Shown in pieces: positions 13,971 to 28,019 of a stretch of 64,000 nucleotides of DNA. Made by a program: the position numbers and the translations under genes. The notes under the pieces are model-generated. The model saw only the letters and a list, made by a program, of their open reading frames with translations, searched no databases and had not been told where the DNA came from. This DNA is from Eledone cirrhosa (taxonomy: Eukaryota), in NCBI GenBank assembly GCA_964016885.1, contig OZ024759.1, positions 30,752,001 through 30,816,000 of the forward strand, written 5' to 3'. Every line of letters starts with the position of its first letter. The first letter of the stretch is position 1.

Positions 13971-14857
13971 TTCTCTCAAATTATATGGTTTTCCATTGTG
14001 TTGATTTTTATTTTCATACAGAAAAATGACATCATTATTGCTTGAGCGAAGAAGCATTAACAAGAATCAATATATTTGAAAAAAGAATTATTTGGGTGGG
14101 TTTTAGTCGACGAACGACAACCTTTTGGGCCTTTTTTCCCTCATTATCTTGAAACCTGTAAATACGCTACTTAAAATTTAACAAAGCATTCTCTTCAATT
14201 TCATCTTCAAGTTTTCTGCGATGCTTATTAATTCAATGGTTTACAGGTGATCTCATTTTATCTATGCATGCATATATATATATATATACAGACACACACA
14301 AACAAATATATACATATATATATATATAAAAACAATGAATTATATGGTTTTGTTGATTATCATTCAACAAGGTTAATTTCATAACAGATTTAAAGCACTC
14401 TACAGATTTTGTTTTGAGGGGGAGGGTATTATTAATATTAACAATATTAATAAATGGAAAATATCTTATATAATACCATATTCATTGTATCATACGTATT
14501 TCAAGGACGCAAAATTTTAGTGTGCCTTCATCGGATAAAATATAATATTTGGTGTTTGGTCTGGTTTTCGCTTCAGTATACCTTTATATCTTTATAAATA
14601 ATTTAGCTGACAATCAATCTTCATCATTGATTGACCAACATTGAAAAATACAAATATAAATATAATTTCTCAAAGTTCTTTCGTCACAAATTTTTTCTGT
14701 GTATTTTCATTGATTTTCCCTCGCTATATTTATATATTTATAATATTCAATCTTTAAAATGGAATGGCGGTATTCAAATTAGGCTTTCATCTTTCTGGGA
14801 TCCATAAAACATTGTTGTAATCAAGTTACAAATCCTTATCATTATTATTTTGCGCAA

Positions 14858-15080
14858 GGGTGGTGGGTTGGCAGCATCGGAAGAGCCGGACACCATGCTT
14901 TGCAACATAAATTTTATTTCCGTTTACGTTCTGTGTTCAAATCCCGGCGAGTTTAGCTTTACTTTTCTTCCTTATGTGGTCAATAAAATAAAGTACCAGT
15001 AATGCACTGGTTTTGTATCTATTTGACATTCCTCTTCCGCAAAATTCTTGGCCTTGTGCCTAAATCAGAAACCATTATTG
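14858..15080 (+). mobile_element. SINE family A (diverged)
   Basis: Head GGGTTGGCAGCATCGG, GTTCAAATCCCGG, AAAATAAAGTACCAGT. Confidence 0.8.
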
Positions 15081-15194
15081 AAATACACACAGGGTGTCTC
15101 CCAATAGAGGTGTACACACTTTAGATGGCGATAAAAGGATTTCTATTATTTCACTACATCACTTCAGAGACTTAGTCCAATTTTTGAAGTTACC

Positions 15195-15500
15195 TGGCTT
15201 AGTGGTTAGGGTTTAAGCCCCACGATCGTATGGTGGTGAGTTCGAGTGCCGTCGGGACCTTGTGTTCTTGTGGAAGATACTATATTTCTATTTCACGTAG
15301 CTGACTAAATTGAGTTGTATTTGTAATTCAAATGACTAACCTTTTCATCCAGTTTCTTACTGAATCTCCTTGTGAATTACATCTGTTTTCAAGTGTCTGT
15401 AAAATACTCAGCCACTTACACACGTACTATCCCGATCGGGCTGTTTCGTTCATCGAACAGTTCAATTACTGATCGTCGAAACCAATAGTGATCCGCTACA
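15195..15500 (+). mobile_element. SINE family B (diverged)
   Basis: TGGCTTAGTGGTTAGG A box and GAGTTCGAGT B box. Confidence 0.6.
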
Positions 15501-16019
15501 CACCTTTCTATTTCTACTTGCTGTGTAATATCCATATGAAAGGTATTAAAACATATACTTTGGTAGCTATTTTGCTAAGCCGGTATTAATTAAGAATTGG
15601 AATTTTAGTCAGGATTCACGCGGGAAAGATCTTTATCAATGGTTGTCATGTATAAAAATATACACACACACACTTTGCAGTTATATAAGTTCTCCTGTGG
15701 ATTACAAACTAAAGACATTTCTATACCATAAAACACGTATAGATCTTGTTATATCTTCCAGTCATGTGTTATTTATTTCTTGCCTAGCAAACTCCATCCT
15801 CTAAGCGTACATCTTATTGTTTCTTTACACCTCGCTCGCTGAATACGCCACAAAGATACGCACAGAAACACACATACTTATATATATACAACGACACATG
15901 CACACATATTTACACAACGACACACACATGTACTCTGTTATATCAATCAATATGAATATTTATATATATATATATATATATATGCATATATATATAAATA
16001 TATATATATTATATATATA

Positions 16020-16112
<93 letters not shown>

Positions 16113-16325
16113 CACCTTGTAAATAAAAATATGTTTCTCTTTAGATATATTCTTTGCTTAGTCTGCTATGCTCTTCATATAATCTATATTACTATACATA
16201 ATTATACTTTCTATAAATGAAGCTCAGTAAAATGATGTATTTAGTCTGCATAAGCATTGAGCTGTTTATGGTATAATACGATTGAATTAATTTTATTTTG
16301 ATATATATATTTATATATATATATA

Positions 16326-16516
16326 TAGGAACCAGTAAGACCCCGACAGCTGAGCTCAAGCCGTTTCGACGGCTAATTCTGGACTGAATTAGCCGTCGAA
16401 ACGGCTTGAGCTCAGCTGTCGGGGTCTTACTGGTTCCTATTACCCACTCTACTACCTCAAGTATTGAGTACTTTGGTGCGTTATGGTCCACCTGGTTCCT
16501 TACCACATTTCCTTCG

Positions 16517-16519
<3 letters not shown>
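16326..16519 (+). mobile_element. Family P1 fold-back PLE fragment
   Basis: Near-identical to 10679-10873, opposite orientation, TA-flanked. Confidence 0.8.
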
Positions 16520-16566
<47 letters not shown>

Positions 16567-16600
16567 AGATTTGAATGGATACAGTTTAGTTGAAAGGAAT

Positions 16601-16717
16601 TTATTGACACGTGTTTCTATAACAGTTACATAACCTAAAACAGCTATCTACAAACTTTTAGTTATGCAGACATTCAATATTTCAATGTTATTATTTACTG
16701 TCATTTCATCAGAATAA
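16601..16717 (-). ncRNA. Type-I hammerhead with long stem II (family P3)
   Basis: UUAUU-CUGAUGA-AAUGACAGU...ACUGUUAUA-GAAAC-ACGU-GUC^-AAUAA. Confidence 0.75.
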
Positions 16718-16902
16718 TATTACTGAGGACCTGTTTAGTTTTTATAGAGAATATTAGGAGGGAGGGGTGAAGTTGTTAGAAGAATAGTTGAAGGAGTGGT
16801 TTTTCGATAGCAGTGAGAATTCTTGGTGGCAGTGAGTAATTAGATTCCCATCTGTTGTTTTGACATTTTTTATAGAATATATTATTGATATTATCAGTAA
16901 TA

Positions 16903-17019
16903 TTATTCTGATGAAATGACAGTAAATAATAACATTGAAATATTGAATGTCTGCATAACTAAAAGTTTGTAGATAGCTGTTTTAGGTTATGTAACTGTTA
17001 TAGAAATACGTGTCAATAA
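16903..17019 (+). ncRNA. Type-I hammerhead (family P3), inverted partner copy
   Basis: Same fold, GAAAU-ACGU-GUC; arms 16562-16726 and 16893-17058 are inverted repeats. Confidence 0.7.
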
Positions 17020-17166
17020 ATTCCTTTCAACTAAACTGTATCCATTCAAATCTTTCTATTTTTCTCCGGATTACTTTTGGAACTACAAATGGAACCGTCG
17101 AGCAAACTCTACGTGAGCTGATAATCTACTGTGTGTAATATTTATATTACAACACAACGGAAAATA

Positions 17167-17207
<41 letters not shown>

Positions 17208-17339
17208 TCAAAGCAAGTCGAATAGAACAGAAATAGCTTCAGCTGTTTCCCCAATTCACTCAGTGGACAACTAAGTTCAAATTATTAAAATTCGAACCCA
17301 GCTGGCCAAAGTGTACACTTTCGTTAATCAGTGAGGAAG

Positions 17340-17482
17340 GCGACTTCGTGCAGGTAAGATATTACGATACCCGGATTGCTATAACATTTTCCATGGTCCC
17401 AAACTGCTGGTCGTGCACCGAAAGATTCAGTTATGTCCAAACTATTGGGTTATTAAAACTAGTCCCTGTTTCGCCGATGTTA
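17340..17482 (-). mobile_element. Penelope-like GIY-YIG endonuclease fragment (pseudogenised)
   Basis: IGETGTS...LSVHDQQF...IRVS*YLTCTK parallels PLE YIG(E/Q)TG..R..VHRQQI...VSEHL..C. Confidence 0.55.
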
Positions 17483-17494
17483 TTATACGTTTGG

Positions 17495-18090
17495 GTAGTC
17501 CGGTGGATTGGCACTATTGGTAGAGGTTCGGACACCATGTTTGCAGTATAGAGTTACGGTCCTTTTTGATCTGAGTTCAAATCTCGGCAAGGTTAACTTT
17601 GCATTTCATCCTTAACTTTGCATTACATCCTTACGGGGTTCATAAAATAAAGTACCAGTAATGCACTGGGATAATTGCTGCCCTTGTGCCGAAAGTAGAA
17701 ACAATTATGTTAAATAGCTCAGATAAGTTGCGGCCCTTTATGATCTGAGTTCAAATCCTGCCGAGGTCAACTTTGCATTTCAACCTTACGGGATTGATAA
17801 AATAAAGTACCAGTAAAGAACTGGGGCCGATTTACTCGATATTCTCCTCCCCCAAAATTGCTAGCCTTGTGCCTATATAAGAAACCATTATTATCTTTAG
17901 CAAGAAGGTGGTGAATTGGTAGTATCGGTAGAGGGTCGGACGCCATGATTTGCAACATAGTTACGTCCCTTTACGGTCTGAGTTCAAATCCCGCGGGAGA
18001 TTAACTTTGCCTTTCATCCTTGGGGTCGATAAAATAAAGTACCAGTAATACACTGGGGTAAATGCTGTCCTTGTGCCAAAAGTAGAAACA
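17495..18090 (+). mobile_element. Cluster of three SINE family A copies
   Basis: Three successive GAGTTCAAATC...AAAATAAAGTACCAG units. Confidence 0.9.
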
Positions 18091-18920
18091 ATTATATATT
18101 TGGCTACAATAAAGTCCCAGTAATACACTGGGGTAAATGCTGTCCTTGTGCCAAAAGTAGAAACAATTATATACTTGGCTACAATAAAGTACCAGTAATA
18201 TACTGTATTAAATGCTGTCCCTGTGCCAAAAGTAGAAACAATTATATACTTGGCTACAATAAAGTACCAGTAATACACTGGGGTTAATGCTGTCCTTGTG
18301 CCAAAAGTAGAAACAATTATATACTTGGCTACAATAAAGTACCAGTAATATACTGGGGTTAATGCTGTCCTTGTGCCAAAAGTAGAAACAATTATATACT
18401 TGGCTACAATAAAGTACCAGTAATATACTGGGGTTAATGCTGTCCTTGTGCCAAAAGTAGAAACAATTATATACTTGGCTACAATAAAGTACCAGTAATA
18501 TACTGGGGTTAATGCTGTTCTTGTGCCAAAAGTAGAAACAATTATATACTTGGCTACAATAAAGTACCAGTAATATGCTGGGGTAAATGCTGTCCCTGTG
18601 CCAAAAGTAGAAACAATTATATATTTGGCTACAATAAAGTACCAGTAATACACTGAGGTAAATGCTGTCCTTGTGCCAAAAGTAGAAACAATTATATACT
18701 TGGCTACAATAAAGTACCAGTAATATACTGTATTAAATGCTGTCCTTGTGCCAAAAGTAGAAACAATTATATACTTGGCTACAATAAAGTACCAGTAATA
18801 TACTGGGGTAAATGTTGTCCTTGTGCCAACACTAGAAACAATTATATACTTGGCTACAATAAAGTACCAGTAATACACTGGGGTAATTACTGGCCTTGTG
18901 CCAAAAGTAGAAACAAGTAT
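18035..18920. repeat. 75-bp tandem array (~12 copies) derived from the SINE A 3' tail
   Basis: Unit AAAGTACCAGTAATACACTGGGGTAAATGCTGTCCTTGTGCCAAAAGTAGAAACAATTATATACTTGGCTACAAT; 25-aa periodicity in ORF 17961-18878. Confidence 0.95.
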
Positions 18921-19197
18921 TATCTTTGGCAGTACTAGACCTTCCCCACATATAACAATATAACAATATATATTTGGCTGGAATCTAGAAGTTACAGTTG
19001 ATGTTATTGTAAACTACGAAGTTCTTTTTATTTTAATTTCATTTTTCGTAAATTCTAATACAAAACATCAAAAATAAATCTGAAAGTAGATATATGTCGC
19101 CTTCAAAATATAGATATGATATGAATATGGTATATAATATTGAATGTAATCTCACCCCTGCTCTCTCTCTATATCTACCTCTGTCTCTCTCAGTCTG

Positions 19198-19262
<65 letters not shown>

Positions 19263-19385
19263 TTCTATCCCTCTCTATGTCATTTTCTATGTATATGTAT
19301 GTATGTGTGTATGTATATATATATGTATGTAAGTATGTGTGTATGAATGTATGTATAAATGTGTGTATGTATATATATATATGTG

Positions 19386-19435
<50 letters not shown>

Positions 19436-19537
19436 AGTATATATATATGTGTGTGCGTATGTATATACATATGTAAGTTTATATATGTATATATGTATGT
19501 ATATACTGACATATATGTATACACATACACACACACA

Positions 19538-19595
<58 letters not shown>

Positions 19596-19845
19596 TAATC
19601 ACATTAAATATTTTATATCATAACGAATATATTTTTTGAACGGAAAACATTTCTAACTGTACATATATTTGTTGTATTAAAATTTATGAAAAATAAAATG
19701 TAACGAAAAGTCGCTGGTTTACAATTTTCTGGCCTGTTCAATATCAATAGGCTAAATGTAAAGCAAAGAAAGTAGTTCTCTTGATTACAGGCGCTTGTAA
19801 CCTTCACTTTTATATTTTGGATAATGGTATATATGTATGTATATG

Positions 19846-19948
<103 letters not shown>

Positions 19949-20272
19949 TGTGTGTGTGTGTTTGTATATATATCTATGTATGAATATGTATGTATATATA
20001 TATATATACATATGTATGTGTATGAATATATGTATATATGTATATGTATGATGTATAAATATATATATATATGTATGTATGTATATATGCATATGTATAT
20101 ATATATTGATATATATATATATATAAATATATGCATATATTTATATATAAATATATGCATATATATATATATGAATATATGCATATGTTTGTATATATTT
20201 GAATATATGCATATGTATATGTATATATATATAAATTACACAATTATCAAAGTTATGTTCAGGTCATTTAAT

Positions 20273-20319
20273 TGCTGACAATCGTTTCTTCCAAACTTTC
20301 GTTTGGAGTCATCGGAGCA
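20273..20319 (-). ncRNA. Hammerhead-like motif with U4C core (family P4)
   Basis: UGCU-CCGAUGA-CUCCAAAC-GAAA-GUUUGGAA-GAAAC-GAUU-GUC^-AGCA; inverted partner at 20451-20497. Confidence 0.6.
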
Positions 20320-20674
20320 TTATCAATGTTTGTACATATATTATTACACCCTGTAAATACGAAACTGTTGCTCACAACTTCAATATATATATATATCTAT
20401 ATGATTTCTCAGTTGAATAGGAGGTTAATTATATGTACAAACATTGATAATGCTCCGATTATTCCAAACGAAAGTTTGGAGGAAACGATTGTCAGCAATT
20501 AAATGATTTGAACATAACTTTGATAATTGTGTAATTTATATTCCTGCTCTGTAAAACACCTGATGTTCTTACATTGAGCTATTTCTCTTACTGGTAATAA
20601 GGTAGTAAGAAATTACTGACCTATCTTGTGTATAGTTGTTTATAGTATATACATAACTATAAATAGTATCATTA

Positions 20675-20855
20675 TTGGCAGTATCGGTAGAGGGTCGGAC
20701 GCCATGCTTTGCAGCATAGTTACGTCCCTTTACGATCTGAGTTCAAATCCCGCCGAGGTTCACTTTGCCTTTCATCCTTAAGAGGTAGATAAAATAAAGT
20801 ACCAGTAATGCACTGGGTAATTGCTGGCCTTGTGCCTAATGTAGAAACAATTATT
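20675..20855 (+). mobile_element. SINE family A
   Basis: Full consensus match. Confidence 0.9.
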
Positions 20856-20914
20856 ATTATTATGTATATATATATACATATAAAACAATGAAGGTGCGGT
20901 TATATAAGTTATAC

Positions 20915-21008
<94 letters not shown>

Positions 21009-21298
21009 ATATATATAAGTATAACTTATATAACCACACCTTCATTGTTTTATATGTATATATATATACATATATATATATATTTATATATATATGAGTA
21101 TGTATGTGTTGCTTACCGACTTCAATATGCAGGTTAGAGCACTCGACGAAGTGCACAGGTGGGTTTGTTTATTCTGGAGTCATTTAAAAACAAGAAGTGT
21201 AATTCAACAGGTTTATATATATATATTTATATATATACTTATATATGTATATATACATATATATATGTGTGTATATATAGATATAGATATACACACAC

Positions 21299-21818
<520 letters not shown>

Positions 21819-21879
21819 TTGTAGTGCTTATGCAATGTTTTTCCATCTAACAAATGCTCAGCAGAAAATATTGTTTAAA

Positions 21880-22066
21880 TCAAGGATGCAGGATATGCCA
21901 GTTGCATTAACTACTATAAGTAGAAGTGCTTTCAGAAACACGGAAACACGTGATATTACAACATACATCTTATGAACACAACCATGCCTGCAGCCATATC
22001 TCAATTTAATATAGTGTCTTATATATCTGGTTGATATTCCATGCATTTGCATTCTGCTTTCAACTC
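21880..22066 (-). pseudogene. Putative EGF-like pseudo-exon
   Basis: Branch point CACTAAC and acceptor ATACAG|; CS*DVCCNITCFRVSESTSTYSS*C and, after a frameshift, TGISC. Confidence 0.3.
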
Positions 22067-22589
22067 CTGTATTGTAGAGCAATATAAATGTTAGTGGATA
22101 GATCATAAAATGTCATATGTACGTAATCGGACAGTTTATTTGGCGGGCTATTTTTTGTCATTGGTATACTGTCGACAATAATATAAAGTAAATGAATAGT
22201 AAATTGTTATGATTCTTATGAAGATGCTAGAATTATAGGTTTTATTTAAATACACGCTGGTTGTTTTATGTTGATCAATTTTCATTAACCCTTTATCACA
22301 TCAACATTTCTTCCATTACATGACACAGAATGGAACATATAGTTTCTGAATCAATAATAGATGTTACGTATAAAATATAGGATATAAACATTAGCATTTA
22401 CACCGAAACGAAAGATTTTCTCTCTAACATAGAATGGCCTTTTAATAGCACTAGAATTTCTTTCAACACACTGACGCGTATGTGTGTTTGTGTATGTATA
22501 TATATATACTTTCGGATATAGCTGTCGAAACGGCCGGAGCTCAGCTGTCGGGGTCCTAACTCTTTTCCTATAAATATATATATTCGTTG

Positions 22590-22965
22590 CTGTACGGGTC
22601 TGAGACGTGACCACTGACCAACAACCTCACTCAAATGGTGGATGCGTGCTACACGGAGAATGCTGAGGATTGCGCTGAACATTAATCAGAGTACACTGAG
22701 GATGAATAACTCAGAGCTGTACAGGATCCTCCCAAAAGTCAGTTCAACAGTAGCACAAAGGAGATTGAGATTAGCTGGACAAGCTCACCGACATTCAGAG
22801 TTGACACTGCACTCAGTGCTCCTGTGGAAGCCCCCGCATGGACATGTTGATGCCCTAAGAACAGACACTTGTCTCTTGGAGACGCAGGACATGGCAGCGA
22901 TGATGATGGACAGAGACGGCTGGAGAGATCTCGTACATGGATCTCAAGAATTTTACCCGCCCTAG
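22590..22965 (+). mobile_element. RTE/RTE-X-like LINE 3' fragment, TA-flanked
   Basis: RMLRIALNI...[22 protein letters not shown]....VLLW.P.HG...MDRDGWR. Confidence 0.85.
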
Positions 22966-22998
22966 ACATATTTATATATATATATTTAACATAGAAAT

Positions 22999-23051
22999 GG
23001 CTTCTACAGGACTAGATCTGTTTCATTCGGGAGAAATCACCAGGAAAGCCG
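22999..23051 (-). ncRNA. Degenerate hammerhead (family P5)
   Basis: GGCUUUC-CUGGUGA-UUUCUCCCGAAU-GAAACAG...CUGUA^-GAAGCC; A6 changed to G. Confidence 0.45.
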
Positions 23052-23232
23052 ACTGTCGATGTAATATGGTGGTATTTATACATTTTCTGGTGGTAGGAGT
23101 GGGTGGTGATTGGGATGGGTGGAGGTCATTGGTTGATTGATTTAAAGATACTGTTGTTACAGGCCGATTGAACCAAGGATAAAGATATATATGTGTGTGT
23201 GTGTGCGTGTGTGTATGTGTATATATATATAC

Positions 23233-23270
<38 letters not shown>

Positions 23271-23847
23271 CAAAACTCATCTTTTTCCGTTGTCTTAGAG
23301 GGTTCTAAACGCCACTATCAGGCTAAAATTTCTTTAGTCAAAAATACAGCAAAAGCTTCTATTTTTACTATATATATATATGTGTGTGTGCTTGTGTGTG
23401 TGTATGTGTGTGTGTGTGTGTGTGTTTGTGTGTGAGTGTATGTGTATGCATACATTAGAAAAATACGCACTCAAAGACATACATCCACTTAAACACACAC
23501 ACACGCATACGTTTACACTCACACACAGCGTAGCAAACCGAACGCCGGCCGTTATTTTGCTATACTTTTTTTCACCATCCCCTTCCTTCCTTTGACATAC
23601 ATTCACGCAAATACACACACACACTCACTCTCACACACACACACACACACACACACGCAATTTGTGACAGACGGACGGAAGGAAGTCGCTCAAATTTATA
23701 TATAGATAGTGAAAGTTTCTTTGTAGAAACCTGACATAAGTAAAATTGAAACAGCAATACGTACCTTACCATACTGGAGTATGATTCGTTGTTTTCACAT
23801 ATTTTTATTTTATTTTATTTTATTTTAATTTTTTATTTATTTAGTTT

Positions 23848-23886
<39 letters not shown>

Positions 23887-24374
23887 TTATTATTATTATT
23901 TTAATTTTTTTTTATTTTTATTTTAGCCTCAATGTTCATTCAAATGTAAGAATATTTTGCCTCTTCATATTTATTATCAATAAAAAATATATTAACCGTT
24001 GGTAAAGAATTAATCGATAAATCTTTTCTATTCCAATCATTATTGCTATTTATGCTTTTTATTATTATTAAACACTTAAGCCAAACTTAAGACTAGAATT
24101 CTATTTCTGGAATATATTATCGAACTTTATAGTTTGGAATTCTATTCGTAATCACGATTGAAGACAATGAAAGTATTCTTGGTTATTTATTTATCAATTT
24201 TGTCTTAGTTTTCCTATATTTCTCCACTATACTGCCATCAAAAATATGAAATATTGTATATTAGTTCTGTGGGTACTGACATGATGGCTCTAAATGTTTA
24301 ATGATTCTTGTTGTTGTATCTTGCAAGCCTTGGGCTTTCCTCCCTCGTGCTTCATGTTTTCTCTTCTCTCCGCG

Positions 24375-24580
24375 CCCTCCTTCTCCTGCGTCTCCTCTTC
24401 CTCCTCCTCCTCATCATCATCATCACCATCATGATCATTTTCCTCATCCTCCTCCCCCGTCCCCTCTTCTTCCTCCTCCTCCTCCTCCTCCTCCTCCTCC
24501 TCCTCCCCCTCCGGCTCCTCTTCCTCCTCCTCCTCCTCATCATCATCATCATTTTCCTCCTCCTACTCCTCCTCATCCCG
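24375..24580. repeat. (CCT)n/(CAT)n microsatellite
   Basis: Direct. Confidence 0.95.
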
Positions 24581-24655
24581 TACTAATCTAATACCCTGCA
24601 GTAGATTCTTCCTCAATATCTCTTTCTCATTTCCATTTTCTCACACACACTCCCA

Positions 24656-24698
<43 letters not shown>

Positions 24699-24724
24699 TT
24701 ATATATATATCGGTTTAAAATATA

Positions 24725-24915
24725 AGGGCGGTGGATTGGCAGTATCGGTAGAGAGTCGGACACCATGCTTTGAAGCATAGAGTTACATCCCTTTATGATC
24801 TGAGTTCAAATCCCGCCGAGGTTAACTTTGCCTTTCATCCTTGCGGGGTCGATAAAATAAAGTACCAGTAATGCACTGGATAATTTGCTGGCCGTGTGCC
24901 TAAAATAAAAACAAT

Positions 24916-24918
<3 letters not shown>
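24725..24918 (+). mobile_element. SINE family A
   Basis: Full consensus match. Confidence 0.9.
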
Positions 24919-24956
<38 letters not shown>

Positions 24957-25037
24957 CTTTCTTTCTATGTCTCTCTCTCTCCTTCTCTGGAAGAAAATAA
25001 TATGCTCTATTTAAACCTGAAGGGGATTGGGCTCTAC

Positions 25038-25247
25038 CAGGTTTATAATTAAATGCCATAGAAACGCCGTATATCAATACGTCAGCTCTATCACTCTATC
25101 GGGAGTTACAGGATCATCATGCAACATTTGGTATGGATCGGGTTGTCACATAAAGCCGTCTATAATACTCTGCTAACAGATCCGAATACATTTGAAGGGA
25201 AGAATTGCAGATTATTCCTTGTACATTATGTTCACAAAATATGTCAG
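25038..25247 (-). pseudogene. Putative Cys-containing pseudo-exon (SUEL/Gal-lectin-like?)
   Basis: Strong acceptor TTTTACTTTCTCTAG|, possible donor CTG|GTAGAG; DIFCEHNVQGIICNSS...AEYYRR with internal stops. Confidence 0.25.
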
Positions 25248-25561
25248 CTAGAGAAAGTAAAATGCATAGATACATAAATACATAAGAAGAAAGCCTCATA
25301 GTAAAGAAGATTTTAGATAGAATTCCGTTTGTGAAAGCTTTCCATTATTGGGAAAATATTTACCCGAAGTGGTATTATTCGTGACATGTGGAATTGAAAA
25401 GTTGTGTAAAAAATGCGTAGACTGATTTAGCATAAAATTGGATGGACACATCGTAATAAAGTGAACATTTGTGGGAAGGAGGAAAGTGAATTATATTGAT
25501 CCAGTATTTGACTGATATTTTGTGTCTACATAACAATACACACACACACGCACACGCATAC

Positions 25562-25597
<36 letters not shown>

Positions 25598-25619
25598 ATT
25601 TTTCTCAACCTGTTAGCTC

Positions 25620-25911
<292 letters not shown>

Positions 25912-25994
25912 GTATATATTGTTATACTTGGTGAGGGTCATATTGTTGTAATAATAACAGAACACCTCGCAAAACAAATTCATCACCGTCATAG

Positions 25995-26036
<42 letters not shown>

Positions 26037-26058
26037 ATATATGTATATATATATATAT

Positions 26059-26159
26059 AACGAAGGAAATGTGGTAAGGAACCAGATGGACCATAACGCA
26101 CCAAAGTACTCAATACTTAGGGTAGTAGAGTGGGTAATTTAGGTCTTGTTATGTTCCTA
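26059..26159 (-). mobile_element. Family P1 copy with the hairpin deleted
   Basis: Long arm intact to GGGTAAT, then jumps to GGTCTT..GTTCCTA. Confidence 0.7.
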
Positions 26160-26173
26160 TATATATATATATG

Positions 26174-26279
<106 letters not shown>

Positions 26280-26473
26280 CCTCTCTCAATTTTTCCCTAA
26301 TAGCTTACTTTATTTCTTGACGCACTGGAGCTAGACATCTTGTCTTTAATGCGTAGAAATGTCCATGATCTCCAGATGACAACTGATGAAGGGAAACTAC
26401 CCCTCGTTCGTGTTTTCCTCTTATTTATAAATACACTTTATCCAGCAACAACACAGCCCCTGTTCCTTCACAA

Positions 26474-26509
<36 letters not shown>

Positions 26510-26511
<2 letters not shown>

Positions 26512-26696
26512 CGAAGGAAATGTGGTAAGGAACCAGGTGGACCATAACGCACCAAAGTGCTCAATACTTAGGGTAGTAGAGTGGGTAATAGGAACAAGTA
26601 AGACCCCGACGGCTGAGCTCAAGCCGTTTCGGCGGCTAATTCTGTACTCGAATTAGCCGTCTGTACAGAATTAGCCGTCGAAACGGCTTGAGCTCA
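26510..26696 (-). mobile_element. Family P1 fold-back PLE fragment with double fold-back
   Basis: Junction ...CTGTACTCGAATTAGCCGT-CTGTACAGAATTAGCCGTCGAAAC. Confidence 0.8.
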
Positions 26697-26859
26697 TTCT
26701 GAATGATATTGTCCATCTAATACCTTACAAAATGTGTGGAATTTATATATTTCGCTAAGAATATTAGAAAAGTTAGAGAAGAGACCTTTTCTATCACAAT
26801 TCAGAAAATGCAAGCGCAAACACAATAATGTCCGTAATGAACTAGATATTATGACTAAC

Positions 26860-27370
26860 AAGGCTGGCAGAGCCGGCCGCCTTCCACGTTATGCTGCTCT
26901 CAACGAAATCATAAAGCAAAGCTTGGATGAGGCAGGCTTCCCTCCCCAGCTCCAGCCGGCGGAACTGGACCTGGGGACCACAGAAGGCCCGATGGCATGA
27001 CCATCTTCCCTTTCTGCGGTGATAAACTCCTCATCTGGGATGCCACATGCAGCGATACTTTCTCCAGCGGCAAACTGGTGCAGTCTGCCACCGACGAATC
27101 CAGGCTCTGCTGCACTTCGTGTCGAGGAGGGTAAACTCACCAAATATCAGTCGCTTTCCGACAAATTTGCGATCGAGCCCATAGCAGTGAAGAATTCTGG
27201 TGTCCTTGGCCCTAAGATCACCATCCTACTCACCACCATCGACACAGAGTTGGCTACTGATAGGTGTAAAACTCGCAAACAGGATAGCTCTTCCAAGGCA
27301 TTTCCCTCACCCTCTTCCTGGGAGATACCTTCTCTATTCTGTCTGCCAGGGCTGCAGGGCAACAAGCACG
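26860..27370 (+). mobile_element. CRE-clade non-LTR retrotransposon, restriction-like endonuclease C-terminus (frameshifted)
   Basis: RYAALNEIIKQSL..AGFP..LQP..L / PDGMTIFPF..G..LIWDATCSDTFS / GSAA..VEE.K..KYQSL...F.IEPIAV..SGVLG. Confidence 0.8.
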
Positions 27371-27544
27371 CGGCACCACTTTTGCTTATAGTAGTGAGGG
27401 ATGGGGAGAGTGAGAGAGACCCACTTGTTAAGACAATGTTTTATGTTTATTTAGTGTGCTATATTAGCGTATATTTGAACCACTAGGCTTTCACAGGATC
27501 CATCTCCCTGATTTAAAGTCACAAGTCTTAAGTTTATCAAAGCC

Positions 27545-27811
27545 GTGGCTTGAAGAGACTGATGCATTTGTCACGCATTCTGCTAAAAAGCGGGTTCACA
27601 TGATTTTCAAAGTCATGTGAGGGTATATGTGTCTAGATACGTTCGCTGCATAAATAATATTGGACTCTTTTGAGAAGTGTAAAAGAAGATGACGTCTGTC
27701 ATTAATTATTTTGAAGTGTCTTTGCAGACAATCTAAATTGGATACAAACTGACATCGATAATTTGGTTTTACAAGAACAAACTCATCAATAATCAACAAT
27801 ATGTCTGCTAG
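27545..27811 (-). pseudogene. Decayed von Willebrand factor A (VWA) domain exon
   Basis: LADILLIIDEFVLV..NY..FVSNL...FKIIND...LLHFSKESNIIY...YPHMTLKIM*TRF; matches VWA beta1/MIDAS (DIxFxxDxS), beta2 and helix motifs. Confidence 0.55.
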
Positions 27812-28019
27812 CTGATTTAATATCGATTTAGGTCTTGTTATGAGAAACTGTAATTATTTATAATCATCGCACTCCACACAACTTATATATTTTCTTTACA
27901 AATGAAAGGTAACATAAACATCAACATATAAACGAATAGAAAAATCCGGGTGCTTGAGGGCTATTGTTTAATCCTGCTACTTTTTGTATTCAGTGAATTA
28001 AAGATACACGTGTGTATGG

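Noticed and set aside
17300-17360. Plus-strand exon with donor CAG|GTAAGA
   Set aside because: Lies within the antisense GIY-YIG remnant; no supporting gene context
17961-18878. 305-aa repetitive ORF
   Set aside because: 75-bp SINE-derived tandem array
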